Below are positions 27,114 to 36,660 of a stretch of 64,000 nt of DNA, piece by piece. A program made the translations under genes and the position numbers. The DNA comes from an uncultured Acidobacteriota bacterium (GTDB lineage: Bacteria > Acidobacteriota > Terriglobia > Acidiferrales > UBA7541), in NCBI GenBank assembly GCA_963767205.1, contig CAVYDF010000009.1:191501-255500 (forward strand). Direction: 5' to 3'. Below the pieces are notes generated by a model, which ran no database searches, was not told the DNA's origin, and saw only the letters and a list, made by a program, of their open reading frames with translations. Position 1 is the first letter of the stretch. Each line of letters starts with the position of its first letter.

Positions 27114-28055
27114 ATGAAAGCGACAGCCGCCATAATTCTCCGAGCCATCTCTGTACTCTCAGTTTTTGTCGCGTCTGCAGTCGCGCAGGCTCCCAGCGGC
27201 CAGCAGCAACAGCCCGAGTTCATCAAGCAGGGGCAGCAATTGATGCGCGAGGGAAAGTTGGATGAGGCGCTGGCGTTGTATCGCAAGACCCTCCAAACTT
27301 CACAGGAATCTTTGCCTGCAAACATGGCCGCAGGGAGTGTTCTGGATTTGATGGGTCAAGGTGAGGAAGCCCGTCAGTATCTCGGGAAGGCAATCCAAGT
27401 TGCCGACACGCCCGAGCGCAAGGCAATGGCGCAACGGGCGATGGCGATGTCGTATGCCTTCGAAGGGAATTGTAAGAAGACCGTCCAGTACGAGCAGCAG
27501 GTCTTTGACTACTACGGAAGCGTGAAGAATTTTTTTCAGCAGGGAGAGACCGCCGATGAGGCGGCTCGCGTTTGCATTGACTCAGGAGATTTGGACAGCG
27601 CCTACGAATGGTACAAGACAGGCCACGAAACTGGATTGAAGGAACCCGACATCAAACCCGCTCGGCAAGACCTTTGGGAGTTTCGTTGGGAACATGCGCA
27701 AGCCCGCATTGCTGCGCGACGTGGGAATCAAGCTGAAGCGCAGAAGCACGTCGCGGCGGCGAAGACCATCCTTGACAAGGGAACCAATCCCGAGCAGGCA
27801 CAATTTCTTCCGTACCTCCAAGGCTATGTCGCGTTTTATGGAGGCGACTACAAGACGGCGCTCGAAGAGCTGCTGAAAGCGAACCAGAACGACTCCTTCA
27901 TTCAGTGCATGGTTGGGCAGACTTACGAAAAGTTGGGCGATAAGGAGAAGGCCGTGGAGTATTACCGCAAGGCTTCAACGGCAATCGCGCACAATCCCGC
28001 CGCTGCGTACGCTGTACCGTTAGCAAAGAAGAAGCTCGCTTCGCTAGCGAGTTAG
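27114..28055 (+). CDS. Secreted TPR-repeat protein
   Basis: The signal peptide is MKATAAIILRAISVLSVFVASAVAQA. TPR-like repeats are present (GKLDEALALYRKTL.., GDYKTALEELLKA.., GDKEKAVEYYRKA). Confidence 0.7.
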   Translation: MKATAAIILRAISVLSVFVASAVAQAPSGQQQQPEFIKQGQQLMREGKLDEALALYRKTLQTSQESLPANMAAGSVLDLMGQGEEARQYLGKAIQVADTPERKAMAQRAMAMSYAFEGNCKKTVQYEQQVFDYYGSVKNFFQQGETADEAARVCIDSGDLDSAYEWYKTGHETGLKEPDIKPARQDLWEFRWEHAQARIAARRGNQAEAQKHVAAAKTILDKGTNPEQAQFLPYLQGYVAFYGGDYKTALEELLKANQNDSFIQCMVGQTYEKLGDKEKAVEYYRKASTAIAHNPAAAYAVPLAKKKLASLAS

Positions 28056-28107
28056 GTTATCGCTGCAGCTCTTCCATGTAGAGCCCCTGCCGGTGTAGTC
28101 TCCCCCC

Positions 28108-28485
28108 ATGGAAATCGGCGCAAAACTGCGTGAGATGCGCGTCGCCAAGAATCTGAGCCAAGGTGATATTCAGAAACGGACAGGTCTCTTTCGCTGCTAC
28201 ACCAGTCGCGTAGAAAACGGCTACACCGTCCCTACGATAGAAACCCTTGAAAAGTATGCGAGCGCGCTGGAAGTTCCGCTGTACAGGTTCTTCACTGATG
28301 AAGTGGCTGTGAAAGCGCCGAAGCTGCTACAGCTCGAAGAAGATAGCTCGTTGTGGGGCAACCGTGGCAAGGAGCGCGGCGCATTTCAAGAGCTGGCGAA
28401 GGCGCTGGCACGAATGGATGAGCAAGACCGGAAGCTGCTGCTCAGCATGGCGCAGGGGATGGCGCGACGCGGCGCAAAGCGGTAG
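28108..28485 (+). CDS. XRE-family helix-turn-helix regulator
   Basis: IGAKLREMRVAKNLSQGDIQKRTGLFRCYTSRVENGYTVPTIETLEKYASAL. Confidence 0.8.
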   Translation: MEIGAKLREMRVAKNLSQGDIQKRTGLFRCYTSRVENGYTVPTIETLEKYASALEVPLYRFFTDEVAVKAPKLLQLEEDSSLWGNRGKERGAFQELAKALARMDEQDRKLLLSMAQGMARRGAKR

Positions 28486-28599
28486 CTCTATCGGAACGTC
28501 TGGTGCGGGAATCCAATATTGTCAGGCACTCATAAATCGCCTTTATCTCTACATGTGGTATCGCTTATTTGGCACCTGCTTACCTCATTTGGCGTGTAG

Positions 28600-28773
28600 C
28601 TAGGCTTTGTTCCTACTCCAGAATCTCTTGAGCCGGGTCTTCACCCACCCGCCAAGCGCCACGTAATCACGCTGACCTAATATTTGTGCCTCTTCAGGTG
28701 TTTCGCCAATTTTCAGCAGGAGTTCACGTCTCTGCTCGCTGTCCAGTTTGTCATACTGCTCTTGCGCCGTCAT
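28600..28773 (-). CDS. Small hypothetical protein (57 aa, below the ORF-track cutoff)
   Basis: GGAGGT lies 4 nt upstream of the ATG. My translation is MTAQEQYDKLDSEQRRELLLKIGETPEEAQILGQRDYVALGGWVKTRLKRFWSRNKA. Confidence 0.45.
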   Translation of the reverse strand: MTAQEQYDKLDSEQRRELLLKIGETPEEAQILGQRDYVALGGWVKTRLKRFWSRNKA

Positions 28774-29191
28774 AAGTACCTCCTTTGCGCATCACAGTCC
28801 CAAAGGTTTCATCGTGACCACAGAAATTCGCAGTTTATTAGTCGCCCTCATCCGAGGCAAACCGTGTGAGCTGCACAGCCACTTTCGGTTCCATGCCGTA
28901 GTGAGCTTCTCCGAGGGCTTTTACTTAGGAGGCTTTCGGGAAACGTCGGGAAATATTCGCTTGAACACTTCGCCTCTGATTTTGTCCGGGTCTTCCTGCG
29001 GCGAGTCCTTAGGTGTGGTTTCGTTCTTATCCGAAGGCACAGGGGCGGAAGGTCTGACTTCCTCAGGAATCATCACAGCACCACTAACATATCGTGGCAG
29101 ACCAAACCGTCAGTTCAATACCACACATCGCGTAGAACCCTTTAGGACTCGGCAGCATTCCGTTGCGCCCATCTGGCTACGACCCGGAGCG

Positions 29192-29638
29192 CTACGGAGC
29201 ACCCAGAACTTTCGCGGCTTTAGGAGCAGCAGCTTCTGGCAGGAACACGATAGTTCCGTAGCTTCCCCCGCCACCGCAGACCCCTTGCACTGCAGCCACA
29301 TTGATGCTCGCCTTCGCAAGTTTCACGAGGATATCGGCAATAGCACCGGGGCGGTCTTCCCCGTGAATATAAAGCGCCGTACTCTTGCGCAGCCTGAGCT
29401 TGGCTTGTTTTGCTGCGGCAACGAAAGTTGCGCTGTCTTCGGGAATGAATTCGAGCTGTGCTCGGCCCGCTCCGTGCTTGTATCCCCAGAATGCTATTAG
29501 GTTCACGCCCGCGTCACGCAACGCTGCCAGAACGCGGGCTCCTTCTCCGACCTTATTGAGAATTGACGCTGAATAATGCTCAACCACGCGAATCTCTTCT
29601 GCCATGACACCCTCCGTCATGCGAATTTCTTCTGTCAT
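29192..29638 (-). CDS. ACT-domain-like small protein
   Basis: AGGAGG lies 6 nt upstream of ATG 29638. Two beta-alpha-beta-beta-alpha-beta-like halves are visible (HYSASILNKVGEGARVLAALRDAGVNLIAF.. and YIHGEDRPGAIADILVKLAKASINVAAV). Confidence 0.6.
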   Translation of the reverse strand: MTEEIRMTEGVMAEEIRVVEHYSASILNKVGEGARVLAALRDAGVNLIAFWGYKHGAGRAQLEFIPEDSATFVAAAKQAKLRLRKSTALYIHGEDRPGAIADILVKLAKASINVAAVQGVCGGGGSYGTIVFLPEAAAPKAAKVLGAP

Positions 29639-29735
29639 GACGTGCCTCCTTCCGTAGACCTTGCGCTCATTGTAGTTCAGTTACGCAGTTCAAATCGCTC
29701 AGCAACTGGCACAGAGCTAGGAGTAAAGTAAGGGA

Positions 29736-30168
29736 ATGAAATTTCACTTCAATGACGGCGGCAGAATCGCGGCTGGTTACAGGGAAGCGCTGGAGATGTG
29801 TGGTTCGCTCCGTAGCGATTGCGACTGGGCTGCCGTATCAGGAAATCTACGACCTTGTGAACAAGCTGTCGGCCCGAGAGCGTACGGGCAAACGCAAGCG
29901 GGGTACAAGCAATGCACGAACCGGAGTTCACAAATCCGCAATCAGGTGGCTGATGGAATCGCTTGGATGGAAATGGACGCCCACGATGCAAATCGGTTCC
30001 GGCTGCACGGTTCATTTACGAGCCGATGAACTTCCTTCAGGCCGACTCATTGTTAGCGTTTCAAAACATCTCACTGCGGTCATTGATGGCGTTATTCACG
30101 ATACGCACGATTGCTCGCGTCGTGGAACGCGATGCGTATACGGGTACTGGCAAGAGGCTGGGTCGTGA
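29736..30168 (+). CDS. Hypothetical protein with a Cys..His..Asp pattern (possible +1 frameshift near 29765-29800; alternative start 29752)
   Basis: MKFHFNDGGRIAAGY.. (frame of 29736) appears to continue as ..RCVVRSVAIATGLPYQEIYDLV..HLTAVIDGVIHDTHD..VYGYW (frame of 29752). Confidence 0.45.
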
Positions 30169-30849
30169 ACTCGGCTCTAACCAAACTACCTCACAATGCC
30201 CATCTCTCTCGCGGCATCCTCGCAAACGCAAATAGGCTCGGTCCCGTCTTCGAATTTCCGCCAACGCCTTTCCCAATCAATCATTGGCACGAAGCAGTTG
30301 AACGTTGAAGGCACGGATTCTGGTCCGCCATTTCTCAGCCACACCCGGAACCGTGCTGGGTGTTCACCGTCATTCGTGCAGGAGGTAGGTCTGCGCATTC
30401 GTTCGTTCTCTGGGCAAATCCCTAGAGATTCACGGAGTGTTGCCTATCGGGCGCAATTGGGCGTCCAAACATCTCGCAAAGATTCCACTGAAGTTAGCGA
30501 AAGAATTTGGGCGGCCTGAGCCATTCAACTTCCCGACATGCGCAATGTTATGCACATTTGCGCCAGCCCGAGGCTGTGGTTCTGGTACGGCGAGCGAGAA
30601 TATCGCTGAAAGAAATTACCTGACGTTCTCCCCGCAGCGCCTACCCGAACCAGCTGACCAGAAACTTCAAATGATTGATTCTACTAGCAAGATTCTTTAG
30701 CAATATCGTGGAAGCAGAAATGCATATGAAAACAGCGCCAGCACGTGACCGCAACGCTTTCCCGATTGGGCAAGAATTCAAATAGATGTCCTAATAACGG
30801 AAGCGAAGTCAGCAGCTGGAAGAATCAGAAGCTGAAAGAAATTGACGTT

Positions 30850-30954
30850 ATGACTCAAATTTGCACGATGAAGTGCCCACACTGTGGAAGCACAGCATCC
30901 AAGGCGAAGCCTGAAGAGCAATTCAAGTGTGAAGGCTGCGGTTGGAAATTGTGA
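30850..30954 (+). CDS. Possible zinc-ribbon mini-protein
   Basis: MTQICTMKCPHCGSTASKAKPEEQFKCEGCGWKL has two CxxC pairs. The RBS is weak. Confidence 0.25.
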   Translation: MTQICTMKCPHCGSTASKAKPEEQFKCEGCGWKL

Positions 30955-30972
30955 TACAAGGCGGGACGGAAT

Positions 30973-31275
30973 TCACGCCTCATCAATGCTGGAAAGCAAA
31001 CCCTCAACCAGCGCCTGCCACTCTTCTTCGAGTGTGGGCTGATGAAATCTCCGCCCGGCACGTTTGTACCAATGGTCTGCGTTCGAAGCCTGTCCGCCCT
31101 TGCGGTGCAGGTAAGCGTGGACAGACATACCGTGCGTAGTCTCCAGCTCATCCACCAGTGCATGTGCGCGAGTCCAATCCTGTTTTGCATCCCACCACAG
31201 CGCTGCTAGCGGAGCTGACAGCCCGTTCGGTGGCTCATCGTGTACAAGGGACGCTTTGAATTCCTCGCGGTTCAT
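30973..31275 (-). CDS. Conserved hypothetical protein
   Basis: 100 aa with LAALWWDAKQDWTRAHALV..VHAYLHRKGGQASNADHWYKRAG. It is translationally coupled to the upstream gene by an ATGA overlap. Confidence 0.6.
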   Translation of the reverse strand: MNREEFKASLVHDEPPNGLSAPLAALWWDAKQDWTRAHALVDELETTHGMSVHAYLHRKGGQASNADHWYKRAGRRFHQPTLEEEWQALVEGLLSSIDEA

Positions 31276-31478
31276 GTCCCTGCCTTGTGTGCCCGCGCTC
31301 TGCCTACGTCATGGATAGCACTTCGAGCCTTATCCAGAACGTCCTGCGGAATCTTGTTCATCTTGTGAACGGTCTTTGCGTGTTCCGTAACCTTCTTCAG
31401 AACATCCTCATCCGTGTAGCCCCATGCTTCGAAAGTACAACCGGGATTCAAGTCGTTACATCTCAGGACTCTCCTCAT
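31272..31478 (-). CDS. DUF1059-like small protein
   Basis: MRRVLRCNDLNPGCTFEAWGYTDEDVLKKVTEHAKTVHKM. Confidence 0.65.
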   Translation of the reverse strand: MRRVLRCNDLNPGCTFEAWGYTDEDVLKKVTEHAKTVHKMNKIPQDVLDKARSAIHDVGRARAHKAGT

Positions 31479-31643
31479 GTTGGTCTCCTTGCGAGGGTAG
31501 GAGGGATAAGCGGAATGCTAGGCTTGTCCCTTAACGGGTAGTCACGCGCATCGTCCGCTCGATTCCGCGTCCCAGCGACCCACGCGGCACTATTCGACAA
31601 AAAGCATTCATCGTTCGGTCAGAGTTAATCGAAGGATTGGCCG

Positions 31644-31949
31644 CTAAGCGGTCGCGGCTCGCTGACCGAGGAAATCCTTAGCCTTTGCCATCTCCGCATC
31701 CCATTTTTTGAGTTGGTCAGGCGTCAGGAATCTTGCAAGTTTCTCGCGTCCAGCGCTGCGAATCGTGGCAAGGTTTCGGGTTAAATCATCTTTGGAGACA
31801 TTTGGATTCTGCTGCCTGAATTCTTGCAGCTTCTGGTATTTTTCGGTCAGAAAGGTCTTGAGTTGTTCTTTCTGCGCGTCGGTGAGGTTTAGCTCCGTGC
31901 CGAATCGCTTCAATTCAGTCGTAATGGTGTTCAGGTCTTCTGGGGTCAT
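31644..31949 (-). CDS. Hypothetical protein with LTxxQ-type motifs
   Basis: AAGGAAG lies upstream of ATG 31949. MTPEDLNTITTELKRFGTELNLTDAQKEQLKTFL..FLTPDQLKKW. The longer track ORF has an implausible N-terminus. Confidence 0.5.
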   Translation of the reverse strand: MTPEDLNTITTELKRFGTELNLTDAQKEQLKTFLTEKYQKLQEFRQQNPNVSKDDLTRNLATIRSAGREKLARFLTPDQLKKWDAEMAKAKDFLGQRAATA

Positions 31950-32623
31950 GTTGCTTCCTTTGACTGGGGTTTTGTTGAGTGGAATTGTCTGGCGGGGCAG
32001 CTTGGTTAATGCAGCTCCTCTAGACTGCGCCATGATAATCCATCGCCAATCATCACTGTATCGCCTGTCCGGGCGGCGCGCGGGGTGCAGTGTTCCCAGC
32101 CCTTGGCACTGCATCCCACGCGACACTCTACCGAGGGAGGATGAGTCCCACCCCCGCAAGAGTTACTCCGTCCCGAGCGTATTGGAACTAGGGCTTTCCC
32201 TAGTTTCACAGGCACTGACTCCGCGCTACTGTGACCGAGTTTGGTCTGCATCTCCCCGGTGCAAGAGAGGGGGGACGGCTCGGGCACGGCTGGCGGGTCG
32301 GCCCCTCTTTCCTATCCCCGTTTTCCATATCGAATGCCTTCGAGACCGTTAAACGAGCATACTTCACGTTTTGGATAAGATGACGCTTGCTAGCGAACTG
32401 ATTCCCGCGATAAAAGGTGCATCCACTAGGCGAGGAAGCGCAAGCGTTTGAGTGCGAGACGCCGGCGGATGTTTCTATCAGCCCTGATTGATGCGAAAAT
32501 TCGGCGGGTCTTCCACAGACTCCACACCGACTTGACATGCCCTGCGCACGGCGTCTAAATATCTGACGCCGGAGAGTGCAGGTGAATTTACCACCCGGCA
32601 AATCCTTCCGAAGGAGACAAGAT

Positions 32624-32818
32624 ATGTTGACCAATTCTAATCCCACAGTGAAATCCCCTAATCCCACGCGTGAGGAAATTGAGCTGCGCGCATTCCAAAT
32701 CTTCATTGAGCGCGGCGGCGCTGACGGACATGATGTGGATGATTGGGTGCAGGCGGAACAGGAGCTAGCCGAGAAATACGCGCATGGCAGTCGGATGGTG
32801 AAAGCGGTGGGCAGATAA
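32624..32818 (+). CDS. DUF2934-like small protein (paralog of 17849-18046)
   Basis: AAGGAGA lies upstream of ATG 32624. It contains REEIELRAFQIFIERGGADGHDVDDWVQAEQEL. Confidence 0.65.
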   Translation: MLTNSNPTVKSPNPTREEIELRAFQIFIERGGADGHDVDDWVQAEQELAEKYAHGSRMVKAVGR

Positions 32819-32852
32819 ATCGCTGACGATGCAGCTTAGAGCTGTCCTTCTA

Positions 32853-33242
32853 TCATGAAAGCGGTAGCGAACTAGCGTCGGTGAGCGCTTCCAGAATTTT
32901 GACTACGTATCTGCCTGAGGGCGTCAATTCGTAAAAGACCAATCTGATATCTTGGGGCGCTTTGTCCAACTCGGCTCGCGGACGTCTTTTAAGGATTTCA
33001 AAAGAATGAGCGTACTCAGCAAATGCTAGTAGCTCGTTCGCGGGAATGCCACGGATTTCAGGCACTCTGACATTAGGTTTCTCTTCAACGTAGTCACCTA
33101 AGACTTCGTCAGGCAGTTCAAATTCTGCATCGTGAGGTATAGAAACGCCGTCCAAGTAACGCAGTGCGTCCAACATCCCCACGAATGACTTCAAGGGACT
33201 ACTAGACAAGAATTCGATGACTTTCGCGTCGCTGAGTTTCAT
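32853..33242 (-). CDS. Hypothetical protein
   Basis: 129 aa ORF with protein-like composition. No motif recognised. Confidence 0.5.
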   Translation of the reverse strand: MKLSDAKVIEFLSSSPLKSFVGMLDALRYLDGVSIPHDAEFELPDEVLGDYVEEKPNVRVPEIRGIPANELLAFAEYAHSFEILKRRPRAELDKAPQDIRLVFYELTPSGRYVVKILEALTDASSLPLS

Positions 33243-33412
33243 CTGGGAAACAGCGCCGGGTAACAGCCTCTATGGGGTGTAGGTTCTTACCCGGCGCTCG
33301 CCAGTTGGATTACTTTGGTCTATCTCCTAATTTGCGCGTTTGGACACACCAAAACCATAGAGTCATTTCCTGATTTGCGTGCGCGGAACTCCTGACAGCG
33401 TTTGAAGCGCGA

Positions 33413-33604
33413 CTAAGCCCGATACGTCAGGTCAGTAGAGCCGTAATTTCCCACGGTCCCGCAGCTAGGGCATTTGAGTGCGGTTCCGTCCGGCAATTCA
33501 GGTTTGAACGGCCATAAGAAGCTCAGGTAACTGCCCTTGTCAGCGATGGTTGAGTGAACGAATTCCGATTTGCAGTTGCTGCATTGGACTACCCAACTGG
33601 GCAT
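33413..33604 (-). CDS. Zinc-ribbon small protein
   Basis: MPSWVVQCSNCKSEF..LKCPSCGTVGNY has two CxxC pairs. Confidence 0.5.
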   Translation of the reverse strand: MPSWVVQCSNCKSEFVHSTIADKGSYLSFLWPFKPELPDGTALKCPSCGTVGNYGSTDLTYRA

Positions 33605-33798
33605 CTTTCACGACCTGATTTCAAGCTAACGCGTTGGACCGGACTGATGAAATACCCGGAAATCCCTAATGCCCGTTGGTTCCCTCCGAATCTGATGCCG
33701 TACACAATAGTTCGGCCACGGAGTTCGCAAAACCAGACCGCTCGTGAGATGATGTGCGGCCTTTCGTTTGAGGTATCAACGCAACCGGACTCAAAATC

Positions 33799-34068
33799 TT
33801 GTACGAGCAGCGGCCAAAGGAGAGCACCTTGGATACAGGAGCAATCGTAGCGGAATTGAAGCGGGAGAGAGACCGGCTGAATCGAGCCATAGCAGCACTG
33901 GACGGACAGGAACCGAAATCCGCTGCAAGCACGAGTGCTGCTCCCAATCGAGCCACTCGCACCAAAAAGAAGCGCGACCGTCTCACTCCAGCGGGTAGAA
34001 AGCGGTTGTCGGAGATGATGAAGAAACGATGGGCGGAGCGAAGAAAAAAAGGTTCCAAGCGCCAATAA
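33799..34068 (+). CDS. Hypothetical basic coiled-coil protein
   Basis: IVAELKRERDRLNRAIAAL..LTPAGRKRLSEMMKKRWAERRKKG. The start is uncertain. Confidence 0.45.
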   Translation: MYEQRPKESTLDTGAIVAELKRERDRLNRAIAALDGQEPKSAASTSAAPNRATRTKKKRDRLTPAGRKRLSEMMKKRWAERRKKGSKRQ

Positions 34069-34139
34069 AGCCGAAGTTACTCAGAGGATTTCTCTGGAAT
34101 GAATCGCGTGCCAGAACCAAGCAGAGAGGCGCTGTCGGC

Positions 34140-34346
34140 TCACGGTGAGCGCTCTTCGACCCAACGCTTCTTCGGGTTCAACTTGTGAATAACCCTCAAA
34201 TGCATCCCCATCCCTAGCATTGCCGCGCTCTTGGACGCATACATCCGTTCCCCCGAGCGCCATGAGCACAACAAACACTGTGCTTCCCAACGCTCTAACC
34301 CCGGCGGGCCCGCAGCTACGCGACGCACCACGCCGTTTGCCTTCAT
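34140..34346 (-). CDS. Small C2H2-like protein (68 aa)
   Basis: AAGGAGG lies 8 nt upstream of ATG 34346. MKANGVVRRVAAGPPGLERWEAQCLLCSWRSGERMYASKSAAMLGMGMHLRVIHKLNP. The longer track ORF start is unsupported. Confidence 0.5.
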   Translation of the reverse strand: MKANGVVRRVAAGPPGLERWEAQCLLCSWRSGERMYASKSAAMLGMGMHLRVIHKLNPKKRWVEERSP

Positions 34347-34424
34347 TCCTGCGCCTCCTTGAAACTCATCAACACGGATTACAAGGCACCGAACTCCAGC
34401 ATCGCTTGCTATGCCAGAAATGCA

Positions 34425-34454
34425 AAACGGGGAACTGAGAGCAGCTCCCCGTTT
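34425..34454 (-). terminator. Rho-independent terminator after the VOC gene
   Basis: AAACGGGGA (34425-34433) pairs with TCCCCGTTT (34446-34454). On the minus strand the stem is followed by TTTTGCATTT. Confidence 0.6.
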
Positions 34455-34679
34455 GCTTAGTCCGTAGCCCGCAGCGAGATTACGAGCTTCGCTGGCGGTA
34501 GCGCACCGCAAAAGCGGTGTGTAAACGGCTGTTAAGAGTCTAGGCAGGGCGGAGTCATTGTCCGGTAATTTCCTCCTTGCACTAGCCACTTCAACTTCCG
34601 TTTACTCTCATGCAATGCCGATTGCAAGCGAGAAGTATTGGGGGAAAACTGTAGCACAGGACACGGAGCTACCCTTGTG

Positions 34680-35021
34680 TCACGAACTACTTGTGCCGAC
34701 GCTAGAATGTCCGCCTTCTGAATCCACGAACCGCGCCAGCAGACCGCCATAGTCCTGTTTCGTTGGCGGCATCGTGAACTGCACGCCCTTCGCGCCCACT
34801 TCGTTGTGGAACGCTTGAACGTCGGGCACCGTGAAGCCTAACTGAACGGTTCCAGCGGCATTCTTTTGAGACGCAGGGTGCAGCGCCAGTGTCGTTTCCC
34901 CGGTTACGAATTCGCTCCAGCCGGGAGATTCGAACTTGAGCTGGAAGCCAAGCACGTCCCGGTAGAATTTCACTGCCCGATTCATATCACTGACAAACTC
35001 AATCACATATCCGAGCTTCAT
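34680..35021 (-). CDS. VOC/glyoxalase-family protein
   Basis: MKLGYVIEFVSDMNRAVKFYRDVLGFQLKFESPGWSEF..LALH..QLGFTVPDVQAFH. Confidence 0.8.
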   Translation of the reverse strand: MKLGYVIEFVSDMNRAVKFYRDVLGFQLKFESPGWSEFVTGETTLALHPASQKNAAGTVQLGFTVPDVQAFHNEVGAKGVQFTMPPTKQDYGGLLARFVDSEGGHSSVGTSSS

Positions 35022-35109
35022 GCTTCATCCTCTTTGGTGGCGGGTTTCATTTCGGAGATTCCTTTGCCAGATTGTACCACCACGAAAATAAAGAGGGGAT
35101 TGTCCTGCT

Positions 35110-35409
35110 TCATCTGCCATACAGCGTCACCTTCCCGTCCACCACATTCGCCACGTACCGTCCTTCGCTCAGGAACTGCATCACCTTCTTGCCGCTGCGT
35201 GCCATTTGTGCCCACCTGGATTTCGTTTTCGGATTCTGCTCTAGTCCACGAATCTCATTCCCATCAAATACAAAATCCACTTGCCGCAGACCTTTTCGTG
35301 GCGTGATGCGAACTGAATATCGTTTTCCATCCAACTCAACCACGCTGGCATTTTCTATGAGAACCTGCCGCCAGACATCAACTAGCGTTTGCTCAAAGGA
35401 AGGGTTCAT
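35110..35409 (-). CDS. Hypothetical protein
   Basis: 99 aa ORF in a co-directional cluster with 35519-36214 and 36250-36660. Confidence 0.5.
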   Translation of the reverse strand: MNPSFEQTLVDVWRQVLIENASVVELDGKRYSVRITPRKGLRQVDFVFDGNEIRGLEQNPKTKSRWAQMARSGKKVMQFLSEGRYVANVVDGKVTLYGR

Positions 35410-35518
35410 TGCGCGCCATCGCTCCGTTTACACCTCAATATCCTCGAACGGGCGATACCACGTCATAGATGATACTTGTCCGCGTTCGCGACTTCCTCAC
35501 CGACCAATTTTAGGAGCT

Positions 35519-36214
35519 TCAAACCACGTATGGACGGGCGAAACAATATTCTCCGACAGGTACTTGGCGAGGGCTTAGCTCAATCTCGTGTGCGAGTCCG
35601 AAACCCTGCAATCGGTTACAAGCATCGTAACCTTCCTCCCGGCTGAATGATGGCCCTTCAAATGCGCCGCCAAGCGCTTTAGCCATTTCTGTGGCTAATT
35701 CTTTTCTCCGATGGATGAACTCATTGGGGTGAATATCCCTTGTACTATCGCTCCGTGCAGGATTCATCACTTTGTTTAAGATTTTAAGAGCAACAAAATC
35801 ACGCTCGCCAAGCCGCTCCACGTCCTGTATGTAGGACGCCAAGTCATCGACTTGCTCAGTTGAACGCCACGCATTTCCAATGATTTTTATGTAGCGTTCG
35901 CGTTTCCTGTCGTTGAACTCTTCTACGTCATGACGTATCGACAGTTGAATCGCCTCTTTCACTTCGTTCATTTCCTCTTTGCTTGCCGTTTTCTCCTTTA
36001 AATCTTTCAACTCAGCGACCATTAAGCTCATGGTCGCCTCCGCTCGCTCCTGTTGAGCATTCGGCCTGAGCCGTTCACAAACTGTACTGAATACCTCCGT
36101 GACGATTGCCGGAAGCGCCAGCTTTGCCGCCAATCGCGCTAATTCAGCAGGCAAGTAAGGCTGTTTTTCTGGGTAGGCTTTATCTACCGCGTCAAATTTG
36201 TCATCGATAGCCAA
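35519..36214 (-). CDS. Hypothetical protein (coiled-coil centre)
   Basis: 231 aa ORF. No motif recognised. Confidence 0.5.
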   Translation of the reverse strand: MAIDDKFDAVDKAYPEKQPYLPAELARLAAKLALPAIVTEVFSTVCERLRPNAQQERAEATMSLMVAELKDLKEKTASKEEMNEVKEAIQLSIRHDVEEFNDRKRERYIKIIGNAWRSTEQVDDLASYIQDVERLGERDFVALKILNKVMNPARSDSTRDIHPNEFIHRRKELATEMAKALGGAFEGPSFSREEGYDACNRLQGFGLAHEIELSPRQVPVGEYCFARPYVV

Positions 36215-36249
36215 AACATCCGCTCCTTAAAAATGAGTGCCCGGTCTCC

Positions 36250-36660
36250 TCAACGACGCGCCCTCTTTTTGCCTAGCCGACGATAGGCAAGGTGCGGAAC
36301 TCCCGTATTCTGCGCCTCACTCGGCGCTGGACGCTCGCAGATATGCGCGTGCGGGTGGTACAGAAAGTGCGGGCGGCTTTGAACGCAGCAAAATAGGGTT
36401 TGGTGCCAGACGTTCGGATTAAAGCGCCCAGAATGGCTACCACCGCAATCCCAGGACGTCATCATCGTGCCGTTTCTTGTGGCTCTCGCGAACCGCCCGT
36501 CCGCTTTTCCAAGCCAAGCGCTCACCTTGTTCCATTCGTCATCTGAATAGCCGAGCCGGTAGGTCTGCTCACAGCGGGGACACTTCACCGTTTGCTCGTT
36601 GGGGAGCGTGCTGCTTATCGCTGGATTGCCGTTGACGATTTTTGTGAGCAAGACTGCCAT
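36250..36660 (-). CDS. Hypothetical protein with an N-terminal CxxC pair and a His/Cys-rich C-terminus
   Basis: It has VKCPRCEQTYRLGYSDDEW and then ..WDCGGSHSG..WHQTLFCCVQSRPHFLYHPHAHIC. It is the last gene before attR. Confidence 0.4.
   Translation of the reverse strand: MAVLLTKIVNGNPAISSTLPNEQTVKCPRCEQTYRLGYSDDEWNKVSAWLGKADGRFARATRNGTMMTSWDCGGSHSGRFNPNVWHQTLFCCVQSRPHFLYHPHAHICERPAPSEAQNTGVPHLAYRRLGKKRARR

Noticed and set aside
28838-29073. Possible 78 aa minus-strand gene (MIPEEVRPSAPVPSDKNETT..FKRIFPDVSRKPPK then VKALGEAHYGMEPKVAVQLTRFASDEGD) between the ACT gene and the 57 aa ORF
   Set aside because: It requires an assumed frameshift at about 28932 and has no recognisable family. It is plausible but too weak to list as a feature.
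28748-29500. 250 aa plus-strand ORF
   Set aside because: It overlaps the minus-strand ACT-domain gene (which has a strong RBS) and small minus-strand ORFs. Its composition is Ser/Arg/Cys-rich.
30169-30849. Fragmentary ORFs on both strands (for example 30186..30398 minus and 30437..30700 plus)
   Set aside because: I could not assemble them into a convincing protein, even allowing for frameshifts. The region is left unannotated.
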